DNA of 64,000 nucleotides from a virus (Duplodnaviria; Caudoviricetes): IMG/VR virus record IMGVR_UViG_2891339218_000001, positions 1 to 64,000 of that record; one strand, 5' to 3'. Shown piece by piece: positions 19,443 to 28,625 of this stretch (position 1 is its first letter; each line of letters starts with the position of its first letter). The notes under the pieces were generated by a model. It saw only the letters and a program-made list of their open reading frames with translations, ran no database searches and was not told where the DNA came from. The position numbers and the translations under genes were made by a program.

Positions 19443-21421
19443 CAGTAATTCCCTCCATTCTGACGGACGTTTTCGAGGTCCACGTTGTTTTGCCGGACGA
19501 TCTGCACAGTCTGGTCTTTCGCCTGATCAAGCACTTGGGCCAGCAGCTCGGGCGAAAGCGTGATCTGGATGACGGAACGAGAGATCGGGGCAGCGGCGCT
19601 GGATGCCGCGGAAGCCTGGTTGAACCGGGTGTGGTCGGTCACGGTCTCGCGCGGGTGAAGGATGGCCGGGAAGCCGCCTTTCCCATCGATCCCGCCCGAG
19701 CGAGAACCCATTCCAGTGTATCCGCCGCCGTCGAAGGAAGGCATGCGCATCCCGGCCCACGGATCGGCCTTGGCTCCACCGCCGAAGATCCCGCTAAACA
19801 GCCCGCCGAGCAGGCCGCCGCCGCTTCCGCCCGCCGCGTTGTTCACCTGAAAAATGCTGTCGAGCACATCGTCGAGGACAGTATCGGCGATGCGTTTGAG
19901 GCTGTTCACCGCCACGTCGCCAAGGGCTTCCCAAAGGCTTTTGCCGTCTTCCAGCGCGCCGGCAAGATCATCGATCGCCGAGCGGGTCAGGTCGCGATAG
20001 AGAAGCGTGCGCTCCTCGGCCAGGCGCTTGGCCTCCTCTTCCTTGTGGATCGCTTCGGTGAGGGCGACAACCTGATCACGCTCTTTCTCGGTTGCAGCCG
20101 CGCCGGCCTGCCTTGATGCGGCTGCGGCGCGCTTCTCCGCATCGCTGGCGTTGACCAGGCGAAGCTCTTCCTCCAGTTCGGCGATGAGGTCTTTGATCGC
20201 TTGGCGCTCACGCTCTGCGGCAGCAATGGATGCGGCGCGAGCTTTCCCGCCTTTACCGCCACTGTCGGCCGGCGCGGTGTACTCGGGTGGTGTCCAGGTG
20301 CGATCCGTTGTTCGCTCGCGCGCATCAGTCCGCTTATAGAGGATGCCTGCGATTTGGGCGTCGCGCTCGTTCAGCTTCGCAAGCTCGCGATCGATTTCAT
20401 CCATCCGCCCCTTCGCCGCCGGGCCGTTTGGATTTCGGTAAAGTAGGTTCGCGCTATCGCCGGCAGCGATCCGCATTCGCTCGTTTTCGAGATCGACGCG
20501 CTGCATTCCCATGTCGGCCTGGGACTTCTGCAGAAGCGAGCTGCGCTGTTCCTCGAAGTCCTTCAAGCCCTCAATCATTTCCCAGATGGTGTCGGAGACA
20601 GATACGAGCGCGCTCTTCACCTTCACGCCGATGGTCATGGAAATGGCATCGAACTTGCGGTTTACCTCTGCCGCCTTCTGGATAAGCTGATCATCCATGA
20701 TCACGCCAAGCTCATTCGCCGCCTGAATCTGATCGCGGATTGCGCCCTCGCCTTGCTCCAGCAGCGCGACCATGCGCTCGCCGCCGGTGCCGCCGAAGAG
20801 TTCATCGAAGATGCGGATACCGGCCGCCGTGTCCTTCATCTGCCGGGTGCGCTCGATGATGAGCAGCAGCAGCTCGGACGGGTCTTTCAGCTTTTCCTTG
20901 ATCTCCTGCGGCGTCAGGCCGAGGCGCTGGAATGCTTCGGCCGCCGAACCTTTGCCGGTGACGGCGAACTCGTCGGCGCGCAGCTGCAGTTCCTTCAAGC
21001 CGTCTGTGATGGCATCGATCGGGATACGGGCTTGCTCGGCGACGAACTTCCACTCCTGAAAAACCTTGGTGGAGAGGCCTGCCATCTTTGCCTGGTCGCC
21101 GACTTCAGCCACCGCGTCGGCGACCTGATGCACCTGGGAGAGGATGCCAGTAAACCCGCCAGCGACCATGCCGCCGACGAAACCGCCGATCATGGCTTTG
21201 CCGAAGGCCCCAATTTTCGTGGAAGTCGTGGCGAGCGCCTGGTTTATCCGGGTGGTGGAGCGGATCATGTGCTCCTCCATCTGGTCGGTCGCCCGTTTCG
21301 AGCCGAGGGACATTTCGCGATAGGTCTTCCCGGTGATGCCGCTCGCCTTCGCCATGTTCTTTTCGAGGTCCTTGATCCTTGCCTCAAGCAGCACGATCAA
21401 GCGTTCTTCATCATCAGCCAT
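19442..21421 (-). CDS. Satellite tape measure protein (659 aa)
   Basis: Long helical Ala-rich protein; C-terminal FDGGGYTG...GG.DGKGGF.A.LHP.ETV.DHT. Confidence 0.9.
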   Translation of the reverse strand: MADDEERLIVLLEARIKDLEKNMAKASGITGKTYREMSLGSKRATDQMEEHMIRSTTRINQALATTSTKIGAFGKAMIGGFVGGMVAGGFTGILSQVHQVADAVAEVGDQAKMAGLSTKVFQEWKFVAEQARIPIDAITDGLKELQLRADEFAVTGKGSAAEAFQRLGLTPQEIKEKLKDPSELLLLIIERTRQMKDTAAGIRIFDELFGGTGGERMVALLEQGEGAIRDQIQAANELGVIMDDQLIQKAAEVNRKFDAISMTIGVKVKSALVSVSDTIWEMIEGLKDFEEQRSSLLQKSQADMGMQRVDLENERMRIAAGDSANLLYRNPNGPAAKGRMDEIDRELAKLNERDAQIAGILYKRTDARERTTDRTWTPPEYTAPADSGGKGGKARAASIAAAERERQAIKDLIAELEEELRLVNASDAEKRAAAASRQAGAAATEKERDQVVALTEAIHKEEEAKRLAEERTLLYRDLTRSAIDDLAGALEDGKSLWEALGDVAVNSLKRIADTVLDDVLDSIFQVNNAAGGSGGGLLGGLFSGIFGGGAKADPWAGMRMPSFDGGGYTGMGSRSGGIDGKGGFPAILHPRETVTDHTRFNQASAASSAAAPISRSVIQITLSPELLAQVLDQAKDQTVQIVRQNNVDLENVRQNGGNY

Positions 21422-21424
21422 GGG

Positions 21425-23041
21425 TCAGCACTCCGCAAAAGCCCAGTTTTCAAAGTCATCGCCTGCGTTGTCGTAGAAGGAACCGCCGCCACCGGCCGCC
21501 GCGCGCCGCACCGCCATTGCCGCCGCGACGGCGCCGTCAATCGACATCCACAGCTTGGGCTTGGTGAGGCGTACGATATGCCCCTGCGTGTTGCGTTGAG
21601 CCTCAGCGTTCGAAAAGCAGAGGCGCAAGACGGGGTGCCCGTCGTGGCGTAGGCGTCGCCCTATGACAACGCGCTCCAGCTCCTGAAGCGCCGGCATCAT
21701 CGTGAGAGGGCCTTGCCGCATCTCGACGGCCGGAAAGCCGTCCTCGTTGAGGTTCGCAAGGGTGGTCGCGGCAAGCGCCGGGTCGAACGCGATTTCCATG
21801 ACGTTGAATCGGGCGCAGAGTTCACGAATGACAGCTTCGACCCTTCGAACATCAATCACGTTGCCGGGGGTTGCTTCGATGTGGCCTTCCTCAGCCCAGG
21901 CGATGTAGGAGGCGCCGGAAAGGTCCTGACGGTCGCGAAGGTTCTCTGTCGGGCAGAAGAACCATGGATGGACGATGTAACCCTCATCCCCATCGGGCCA
22001 CGCGGCGACGATGACGGAAAGGTCCTTGCTGGACGAAAGATCGACGCCAAGCCAGCACGGCCGGCGCTCCGCCTCGAGGTCGATTAGCTCGACCGCGCCG
22101 GCGCACTCGTCATACGCCTCCATGTCAAAGGCCGGGTCATCGGTGCTATCCAGCCAGATATTGAGGTTGAGCTGCTTGAAGGCTTCGCGGTCGCCGATGC
22201 GGCGCTCGCCCTCGAATGCCATCTGGCGCAGGCCTTCGATATCGGGATAGCCGTGAGCAAGGCCGGGGTTCACCCGGCGCCACACCTCTTCATCGCGCCA
22301 GTCATCATCGGGGGTCGCCTCGAAAAGCACCGGCAGGATGGACGGATCGTCCACCTCGCCGCGCGCCACGCGCCGCGCATCGTCCACGATATCCCAGGCA
22401 ATGTTCTCCCGGCCGCGCCCGGCCGTCGTCGCCACGACCAGCAGGCTTCCGGCCGTCTTGACCAGACCGGAGCGGAGCACGTCCCAGAGGTCCCGCTTCT
22501 TCCAGGCGTGCAGCTCGTCGGCCAGAACGAAAACCGGCGTACGGCCGTGCTGGGTGCCCGCGTCGGCGCTGATCGCCTCGCAGAAGCTGCGGGCGGTCGG
22601 ATAATAGAGCTTGTTGCGGTAATCGAGGTTGCGGACCTTCGGCGCAATCTTCTTGTGCGCCCAGACGAGGCCGCGCGCTTCCTCATAGGCGATGCGCGCT
22701 TGCTTCCGATCGGAGGCGGCCGTGATGACTTCGCCGCCCGGCACGCGCTCCGGGCCGATTGTATGGAGCAGCGCCAGCGCCGCCGACAGCGAGGTCTTGC
22801 GGTTGCCGCGCGGCAGGAGAAGCACGACGGTTCGGACGATCCGGCTTCCGTCTTCCTTGCGCGGGCCATAGATGCGGCGCACGACGCGCTCTTGCCAAGG
22901 GTCGAGCTGGAACGGCTTGCCGGACTTCGGATGCTTCAGCATGCGCAGGAACTTCACCGCGCGCTCGCCGAAGCCTTGCGGGTCGGGTATTTCCGAGCCG
23001 TCATAGACCCACTCAGGAAACGTTGCACGGGTCTTCGCCAT
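21425..23041 (-). CDS. terL: Satellite terminase large subunit (HK97-like)
   Basis: PRGNRKT Walker A, LADELH Walker B, LGVDLS and IDGAVA nuclease motifs. Confidence 0.95.
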   Translation of the reverse strand: MAKTRATFPEWVYDGSEIPDPQGFGERAVKFLRMLKHPKSGKPFQLDPWQERVVRRIYGPRKEDGSRIVRTVVLLLPRGNRKTSLSAALALLHTIGPERVPGGEVITAASDRKQARIAYEEARGLVWAHKKIAPKVRNLDYRNKLYYPTARSFCEAISADAGTQHGRTPVFVLADELHAWKKRDLWDVLRSGLVKTAGSLLVVATTAGRGRENIAWDIVDDARRVARGEVDDPSILPVLFEATPDDDWRDEEVWRRVNPGLAHGYPDIEGLRQMAFEGERRIGDREAFKQLNLNIWLDSTDDPAFDMEAYDECAGAVELIDLEAERRPCWLGVDLSSSKDLSVIVAAWPDGDEGYIVHPWFFCPTENLRDRQDLSGASYIAWAEEGHIEATPGNVIDVRRVEAVIRELCARFNVMEIAFDPALAATTLANLNEDGFPAVEMRQGPLTMMPALQELERVVIGRRLRHDGHPVLRLCFSNAEAQRNTQGHIVRLTKPKLWMSIDGAVAAAMAVRRAAAGGGGSFYDNAGDDFENWAFAEC

Positions 23042-23441
23042 CGTCCTCGTCCTCTCTAACCGCCGGCCGCGAACGCGACACCGGCGTTAAGCCGAGTTCG
23101 GCCGCCAGCAACCGCGCCCGCGTCATGGCGTCGGACTGGATACCCACGGCCGGGTTGCGCTTCATGCCAAGGCTGAAAATCTCGCCGTCCTTTTCCTTGA
23201 ATTGCTCAACAACATGCCCGTGGCGCTGAAGGTGCTCCTCCATCTCCCGAACCTGCCCGATCGCTACGCAGTAGTTTTCGAGGCTTCCGAGGTCGGCCGT
23301 GGTCAGGATCTTCCGCTTGATCAGGATCGGCAGGACGCGGCGCCATTCCTTTTTTGCTTCGCCCGATAGCCACGACGGGGCGGCCGGCGCCTTGCGCACC
23401 GCTTCATTGTCGACGACGAGACGCGGCTTGCTGCCCCTCAT
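23013..23441 (-). CDS. terS: Satellite terminase small subunit (P27 family)
   Basis: PSWL..EAKKEW.R, LENYC, NPAV, ELGLTPVSRSR. Confidence 0.92.
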   Translation of the reverse strand: MRGSKPRLVVDNEAVRKAPAAPSWLSGEAKKEWRRVLPILIKRKILTTADLGSLENYCVAIGQVREMEEHLQRHGHVVEQFKEKDGEIFSLGMKRNPAVGIQSDAMTRARLLAAELGLTPVSRSRPAVREDEDDGEDPCNVS

Positions 23442-23749
23442 TCGGACCTCACGGCTCGAAGCTCCAGCCCCTTGCGTCGGCCGATCTCTTTCGTTTCCTT
23501 GATGTTGAAGGCCTCGCCCTCGTATTCGATCCGGTCGGATGTGGTCACGCTGGCCAGCCAGCGGGTGCGGAAGATGATCACCGTCTCGTCAACGGCGCCG
23601 CCCCGGATGAATTCCTCGGTGCTGCTCTGGATGATCTGGGCGCGCAGCGTGGCCTTGTCGGTCCATGTCTCGACGGGCGTGCCGTACTCGTTCACCGTGT
23701 TCGTGAACCCCTGAATTTTTATGGTGCGATCAAGCTTGCCGGCGCGCAT
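23438..23749 (-). CDS. Satellite head closure protein (SPP1 gp16/HK97 gp7-like)
   Basis: MRAGKLDRTI.IQ...NEYG.PVETW. Confidence 0.85.
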   Translation of the reverse strand: MRAGKLDRTIKIQGFTNTVNEYGTPVETWTDKATLRAQIIQSSTEEFIRGGAVDETVIIFRTRWLASVTTSDRIEYEGEAFNIKETKEIGRRKGLELRAVRSE

Positions 23750-24162
23750 CAGGTTATCTCCTGCACCAGGGCGTTGATGGTGACGACGGCATGCGAGGTC
23801 TCGCCATCAGGATCGCGAAGGAAGCGGGCGGACTGAACGTAGCAATCGGCGAAGTGGAAGCCCTCCAAAACTCCGAAATTCGGAGTTTTGATTGCCGCCC
23901 GGATCGCCCCGGCAATGGCTTTGACACCCTCGGTGCTCGGCTCCTTCTTCCAGATATGCAGGTCGAGATAGACGCGGATCAGCGTGCGGGCGATGCTGTT
24001 GCCCTCGTCCACGCTCTGACCTTCGCCGATGACGATAGAGGGGAACGGTGCCGGGCGCTGGTTGCGGTCGAGAATGGAGCCGGCCGGCACGAGATCGGTG
24101 ACGGCGCTGGTGCCAATAAGGCGGGTGCGGACGGCCTTCTGCAGGGCGAGTTCCGGGGTCAT
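23749..24162 (-). CDS. Satellite tail terminator (DUF3168-like)
   Basis: ELALQKAV..RL...FP.IVIGE...RDPDG.T.HAV. Confidence 0.85.
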   Translation of the reverse strand: MTPELALQKAVRTRLIGTSAVTDLVPAGSILDRNQRPAPFPSIVIGEGQSVDEGNSIARTLIRVYLDLHIWKKEPSTEGVKAIAGAIRAAIKTPNFGVLEGFHFADCYVQSARFLRDPDGETSHAVVTINALVQEIT

Positions 24163-24593
24163 TTGCGGCTTCCCCAGTTGTCCTTGACGGCCTTGCGGAT
24201 CGCGCGCTTGATCGCGTTCGTCGCCTTCTTCCGCTGGAGCCGGACAGTCGGCCAGAAGAACGGTTGAGCGGTGGCCTTCGTGGTCCCGTATTCAACAAGG
24301 TGCGGGTAGCGAACGTCCGCGTTACCGACCGTTACGGCCACGGCGTTTTCCGGCACGACCATGGAGCCGCCCGGCTGTGAATAGGGCGGCGTCTGCTCGC
24401 TCGGCCCCGTTACCTCGATGCTGCTCCGCAGGTCGGGCGCGTCGGTGGCTGGGTCGTCGGGTGCGAGAATGCGCATGGTGACGGCGAGGTCGTTACCCTC
24501 TTTGATAAGCGCGGGCGTCACGGCCTCGCGGACGCGGCGCGGGATCATCGCCATACGCTGCTGGATTCGGGACAGTCCGCCGTCATCCGCCAA
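24159..24593 (-). CDS. Satellite HK97 gp10-like neck/tail-completion protein
   Basis: YPHLVEYGT.KATAQPFFWP. Confidence 0.88.
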   Translation of the reverse strand: MADDGGLSRIQQRMAMIPRRVREAVTPALIKEGNDLAVTMRILAPDDPATDAPDLRSSIEVTGPSEQTPPYSQPGGSMVVPENAVAVTVGNADVRYPHLVEYGTTKATAQPFFWPTVRLQRKKATNAIKRAIRKAVKDNWGSRK

Positions 24594-24906
24594 AGGACCA
24601 ATCCCTGTATTCGCGAACGATTTCCCAAACGCCGAAGGGAAGCTCCTCTGCTGTCACGCCGACAAGGGTCGCTTCCCTGTTTTCATACCAGTGCGCCGCA
24701 AGCTGAAGCACCGCCTCAACCAGCGAAGGCGGAATTGCCTCTTGCTCCGTGCCGCCATAGGTCTCCCCGATCTTGAAGCCCAGCAGGCGCTCGATATGGT
24801 TTTGCGCCGCTTCGATCTTGCGCCCGAGCAGAACATCATCGGCCGTTCCGAGGTCTTCATCGAAGTTCAATTGCTCTTTGAGCTGGGCAAGCGTGACGAT
24901 GGCCAT
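24583..24906 (-). CDS. Satellite head-tail connector (HK97 gp6-like)
   Basis: VTLAQLKEQL...AVLQLAAHWYENRE. Confidence 0.9.
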   Translation of the reverse strand: MAIVTLAQLKEQLNFDEDLGTADDVLLGRKIEAAQNHIERLLGFKIGETYGGTEQEAIPPSLVEAVLQLAAHWYENREATLVGVTAEELPFGVWEIVREYRDWSFGG

Positions 24907-24914
24907 GTCAAAAA

Positions 24915-24997
24915 TCCTATTTCGGGCAAATCTCGCGCGATGGACCCCGCGCCGGTCCCCCGGTGAGGTGGAAAGTCGAAGACCACCCCCCGGTCGG
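24915..24997 (-). other. Candidate cos/packaging region of the satellite
   Basis: Non-coding GGGGGGTGGTC...GGGGACCGGCGCGGGG...CGCGCGAGATTT, resembling from memory the cos regions of HK97-like phages. Confidence 0.45.
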
Positions 24998-25028
24998 GCA
25001 TGATTGGTGATCGATTCGGAGAACGATC

Positions 25029-25250
25029 ATGACGATCACTTTGAAAGACCTCAGCGAGCATGAGCTGCATTGGCTGAAGCAGATGCATATCGGCGGTGCA
25101 GCGACGTTGATGCTTCCGGCGAAAACCGCTGACCGATTGCGCGAGCTTGGCCTTGCCGAACAGAAGTTGGGCGGCACAGGAATAAGCAAACTTGGCAAGA
25201 AGCTTATCGACGAGCGCATTCTCGCTTTGCGAAGGGCCAGAGGCTTCTAA
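25029..25250 (+). CDS. Small antisense moron, winged-helix-like
   Basis: GGAG RBS; fills the gap between tail tube and connector genes; ISKLGKKL. Confidence 0.5.
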   Translation: MTITLKDLSEHELHWLKQMHIGGAATLMLPAKTADRLRELGLAEQKLGGTGISKLGKKLIDERILALRRARGF

Positions 25251-25256
25251 CAATTC

Positions 25257-25739
25257 CTAGTCCTCGGCCGCGACGCGTACGATGTTGCTGTTGATGCCGA
25301 GGCTGATGTTCAGCTTCATGATGCTGCTGGCCCTGTCGTACTGCTCGGACTGAGACATGACCTTGCCGATGAAATATCGTTCGGAGGGCGTGCCTCCTGC
25401 CGGCGCATCATTGAGCACCAACTTGAATGCAAAGTCGCTGATGCTCTTCTCGGCGGCGATGGCTGCAAGCTGGCCGGGGTCAGCGGCGTCGATCCCGCAG
25501 ACGATTTCCATCGAGCCAGCCGAGCGCGGTCCCTTCTGGGTACGGGTGCGCTTGTCACCAAGAGCGGTGAAGTTGACAGCTTCCGACGTGTCGCCGGCGG
25601 AGCCAGCTGCTTCCACTTCCTTGATCTCAACCCAGGTCTGGGGCGGCGTGGTGAAGTCGGTCAGCACGAAGTCGGTGCTCTTCTGTTTCAGCACACCGCC
25701 GATGTACACTTTCAATCCGGCGCTGGTGTAGACGGTCAT
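25257..25739 (-). CDS. Satellite major tail tube protein
   Basis: W.EI.EV...G..GD....NFT.L...RT...KG...AG.M...DPGQ...RYF.GKVMS siphovirus tube pattern. Confidence 0.8.
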   Translation of the reverse strand: MTVYTSAGLKVYIGGVLKQKSTDFVLTDFTTPPQTWVEIKEVEAAGSAGDTSEAVNFTALGDKRTRTQKGPRSAGSMEIVCGIDAADPGQLAAIAAEKSISDFAFKLVLNDAPAGGTPSERYFIGKVMSQSEQYDRASSIMKLNISLGINSNIVRVAAED

Positions 25740-26095
25740 GATGGGTTCCTTTCCGTTCGGCGCTCTTCAGCTGCCTCGATGGCATTGCAGCGCTGGCAAC
25801 CGGGCCGCCAATTGGAGCGAACCATGCGAAGGTCTGGGCGCGTGCGGATGGATTTGATGTGCATGACGACGGTGGCCTTTGCCCCGCATCGTGCGCACAG
25901 TTCGTTTTCTGGCAGGGAGAGGAAGGCCTTCGCCTCGGTCTCCCATGCCTTGTCATAGCCGCGGTGCCGGGCCGGTGGCCGCTTCTTGTCGAAACGGGCC
26001 TTGCGCTGCGCATCTGATGCGGCCATGTGGCGGCACCGCTCCCCGTAGGGAACGACGCAGCCACAAGACCGGATGGATGGAGCGCGGGACGGCAT
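25736..26095 (-). CDS. Satellite HNH endonuclease (HK97 gp74-like terminase cofactor)
   Basis: RGYD..W, CARC, VMHI, NW..GCQRCN. Confidence 0.8.
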   Translation of the reverse strand: MPSRAPSIRSCGCVVPYGERCRHMAASDAQRKARFDKKRPPARHRGYDKAWETEAKAFLSLPENELCARCGAKATVVMHIKSIRTRPDLRMVRSNWRPGCQRCNAIEAAEERRTERNPS

Positions 26096-26478
26096 CAGGG
26101 CAACTGGATGTGCTGGTGGCCGATCAAGGCGATTGCTCCCGCCTGAATAGAGGTGCCGCCTGACTTGGTGAGGGCGAGACGGACAAACCGCTTCTTGCCG
26201 ATGTACTCGACCTGATAGGCCGCCGTGGCGCCGAGGGTGGCCGGGACGCCGCTGATTACATCGTCCGCGTCCGCGTCGGTGTAGCCGGTGCCGCTGGAAT
26301 TGCTCTCCTGCACCTTCACCCCGAAATCGCCAGCACCGGAGATTGCCCCGGTGTTGATGATGAACATGAGGCCCTGCGAGCCCTTGCGGTCGATCTCGAT
26401 GCCGTCGGCCGCTGCGGCCTGCGAGGCCGAGTTGATGGCCGGGATGGCCTTGAGGTTGTGGTAAAGTCCTTTGCGCAT
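26095..26478 (-). CDS. Satellite capsid-associated (decoration-like) protein
   Basis: Beta-rich 127 aa directly after the capsid gene. Confidence 0.55.
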   Translation of the reverse strand: MRKGLYHNLKAIPAINSASQAAAADGIEIDRKGSQGLMFIINTGAISGAGDFGVKVQESNSSGTGYTDADADDVISGVPATLGATAAYQVEYIGKKRFVRLALTKSGGTSIQAGAIALIGHQHIQLP

Positions 26479-26489
26479 GATGGGGCTCC

Positions 26490-27728
26490 TTAGCTCGCTG
26501 CGACCTTGAGGAACTTGATCGCGTTGAAGTCGCCGGCACCGCCGCCGACGCGCTTATAGACGTCGAAGATGATCCGGCCCTTCTGGGTGAGTTCGTCGCG
26601 GTTGATGCGGACGCCTTGGCGATCGACGATCACATAGCCCTGGCGGAAGTCGCCGAAGGCGATGGGGTGCTCGCCGGCCGCGATATCGGGCATGCCCTCG
26701 TCGATCTCGACGGAGTAGCCAAGCAGCGGGTGCTCGACGCCTTCGATGAGGTTGCCCGTCGGCGCCCAAAGGCGGCGGCCAACTTCATCGACGATAGCCC
26801 GGAGGCGCACTGCCGTATTGCTGTTCATCAGGAACTTGGCGTTGCCTTTGTAGGGCTTGCGCAGCGCGGCAACCAGCTTGATCACGGCCGCAACGAGCTG
26901 CGTATCGGTCGGTGCCGAAGCATGACCGGCCGGCACGTACTGGTGCTTACCCCAAGCGCGGACGAAATCTTTCTCGTTCGTGGTGCCGTAATCGAGGAGG
27001 CCGCGCGGGAAGCCATCGACACCGGTATAGCGAAGGAAGTCCTCGCCCTCGGTCTCGGCAAAGTCATGGGTGGCGTTGTTCACGAGCCAGGAAGCAATGT
27101 CGGTGGCGGCGTCGTCGAGCAGATGCCGGGTTGCAGCCGGGGCGGCGTAGTATTCACCCACCGGATAGCTGTGCTTGATCAGTTCGGGGCGAGCCGTGTC
27201 CTGCGGACGGTCGTCGCGTTCCGAGACGCGCTGCGCACCGCGCTTGCCGAGCGAATAGAAGCGCTCGTACTTGTCGGTGGAGATGCTGACGACTTCAGCC
27301 AGGCCGCGCAGCGGTGACAGGTCGGTCATCAGCGTGCGGATGGACAGGTCCACGGTCGGCAGGACGAAATAGCCGCCCGAAGCGTCATTGTCGGAGGATG
27401 CCGCCTTCACCTCGAATGAGCCGCCGGCCTCCTCGATCGCTGCCGAGCTGTTGGAGCGGAGATAGGAGGACAGAGCCTTGCGCTCGATCTCCTGCTGCTC
27501 CTCTGCCGTCGTCTTCGAGCCGGGGCGGTTCGCCTTCTTCTCGAATTCGTCGATGCGGTCCATAAGCGCCTTGATTTCGGCGCCGCCCTCCACCTTCTTC
27601 AGCCGCTCGTCCACGGTCTTCTGAAGATCCTCGAGCGACTTGGTGACGATGGATACCGGATCGTCTTCCTCGCCCTTTCGCTCAATGGCCACGCTGTTGA
27701 GCAGCGCGCGTTTCGTGACATGGTGCAT
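26490..27728 (-). CDS. Satellite major capsid protein (HK97 family)
   Basis: N-terminal coiled-coil delta domain, GGYFV, LLGYSV..DE.MP, IAFGDF, KRVGG. Confidence 0.95.
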   Translation of the reverse strand: MHHVTKRALLNSVAIERKGEEDDPVSIVTKSLEDLQKTVDERLKKVEGGAEIKALMDRIDEFEKKANRPGSKTTAEEQQEIERKALSSYLRSNSSAAIEEAGGSFEVKAASSDNDASGGYFVLPTVDLSIRTLMTDLSPLRGLAEVVSISTDKYERFYSLGKRGAQRVSERDDRPQDTARPELIKHSYPVGEYYAAPAATRHLLDDAATDIASWLVNNATHDFAETEGEDFLRYTGVDGFPRGLLDYGTTNEKDFVRAWGKHQYVPAGHASAPTDTQLVAAVIKLVAALRKPYKGNAKFLMNSNTAVRLRAIVDEVGRRLWAPTGNLIEGVEHPLLGYSVEIDEGMPDIAAGEHPIAFGDFRQGYVIVDRQGVRINRDELTQKGRIIFDVYKRVGGGAGDFNAIKFLKVAAS

Positions 27729-27729
27729 G

Positions 27730-28236
27730 TCAGTTCCTTCCGATTTGCGCTGCCGCGCGGTTGATGGCAGCGGCGATCGATATCGCCTGGACTGCCGATT
27801 TCGCCGACGTGACTTTCGCGCCGGGATGCATGGGGATCGTCACAAGGGACGCTTCCAGAAATTCGAGGGCCTTGATCATGCGGCCGCCGCCAGTGCGGGC
27901 CGCGGCTTTCTTAGTGATGAAGCCGATTGAGATGCCCTTGACCGCGCCGGACTTGACCAGGGCGCGAACTTCGCGCGCGCGGCTTACCTCGTCGACGAGG
28001 AGCTTGCCGGTCAGGTGCAGGCCGTCCGATTTCTCGGTCGCCACGTCCCAGGTGCCGATGGGATCATTCATGTCGTGGCCGAAAAGCATGGGGATCGGCA
28101 TGGAAGCACCCTTGAAGGCGCCTGGCTCGATCCAGTCGCCAACGCGGTCAGGCGTGCCGAACTTCCACGCGATGCCGGAGACGAGGCCGGCGTCGTCGGC
28201 GATCATCTTGGTTTCGAAGAACAGCCGGTCCATCAC
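27730..28236 (-). CDS. Satellite prohead protease (HK97 family)
   Basis: DRVGD.IEPGAF, LFGHD...PIG, GISIGF, EASLVTIP. Confidence 0.93.
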   Translation of the reverse strand: MMDRLFFETKMIADDAGLVSGIAWKFGTPDRVGDWIEPGAFKGASMPIPMLFGHDMNDPIGTWDVATEKSDGLHLTGKLLVDEVSRAREVRALVKSGAVKGISIGFITKKAAARTGGGRMIKALEFLEASLVTIPMHPGAKVTSAKSAVQAISIAAAINRAAAQIGRN

Positions 28237-28625
28237 AGCCCCTCCGGCGCGAAGTTTCGGCGGTCGCCGGCGAACGCATCGACCTGAGCCTGAAGCCAGT
28301 CGGCGGCGCGCAAGACGCGCAGGACGTTCTTGTGACTGAAAGCGAGATCAGAGCCTTCGTGCTGGACTTCCCAGCGCAGGACCGTCTTGGCGAGGCAGTT
28401 CAAGCGGGCTGCTTCCCGGTGCTCGGCTTTGATCGCTCCGTCCGGCTCGGCGCGGTCGGCAAGCTCGTCCATCATGGCGATGCGGGCTTTGCGCTGCGTC
28501 TCGCTATCCGGGCCGGCGATCCACAGTGTCATCCCCGTGGGCTTGCCCTCCCAAGGATCCACGATTTCAAGCTTACGGCCGCGATCCTGATCGATCACGT
28601 TGGCCTGGATGTCTTCAAGGTTCAT
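28233..28625 (-). CDS. Satellite tail assembly chaperone, gpG-like
   Basis: G..L.I.GPDS...W....LQAQVDAFAGDRRNF resembles helper 38826..39290 (...EQVRTFATDRAA). Confidence 0.6.
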   Translation of the reverse strand: MNLEDIQANVIDQDRGRKLEIVDPWEGKPTGMTLWIAGPDSETQRKARIAMMDELADRAEPDGAIKAEHREAARLNCLAKTVLRWEVQHEGSDLAFSHKNVLRVLRAADWLQAQVDAFAGDRRNFAPEGL

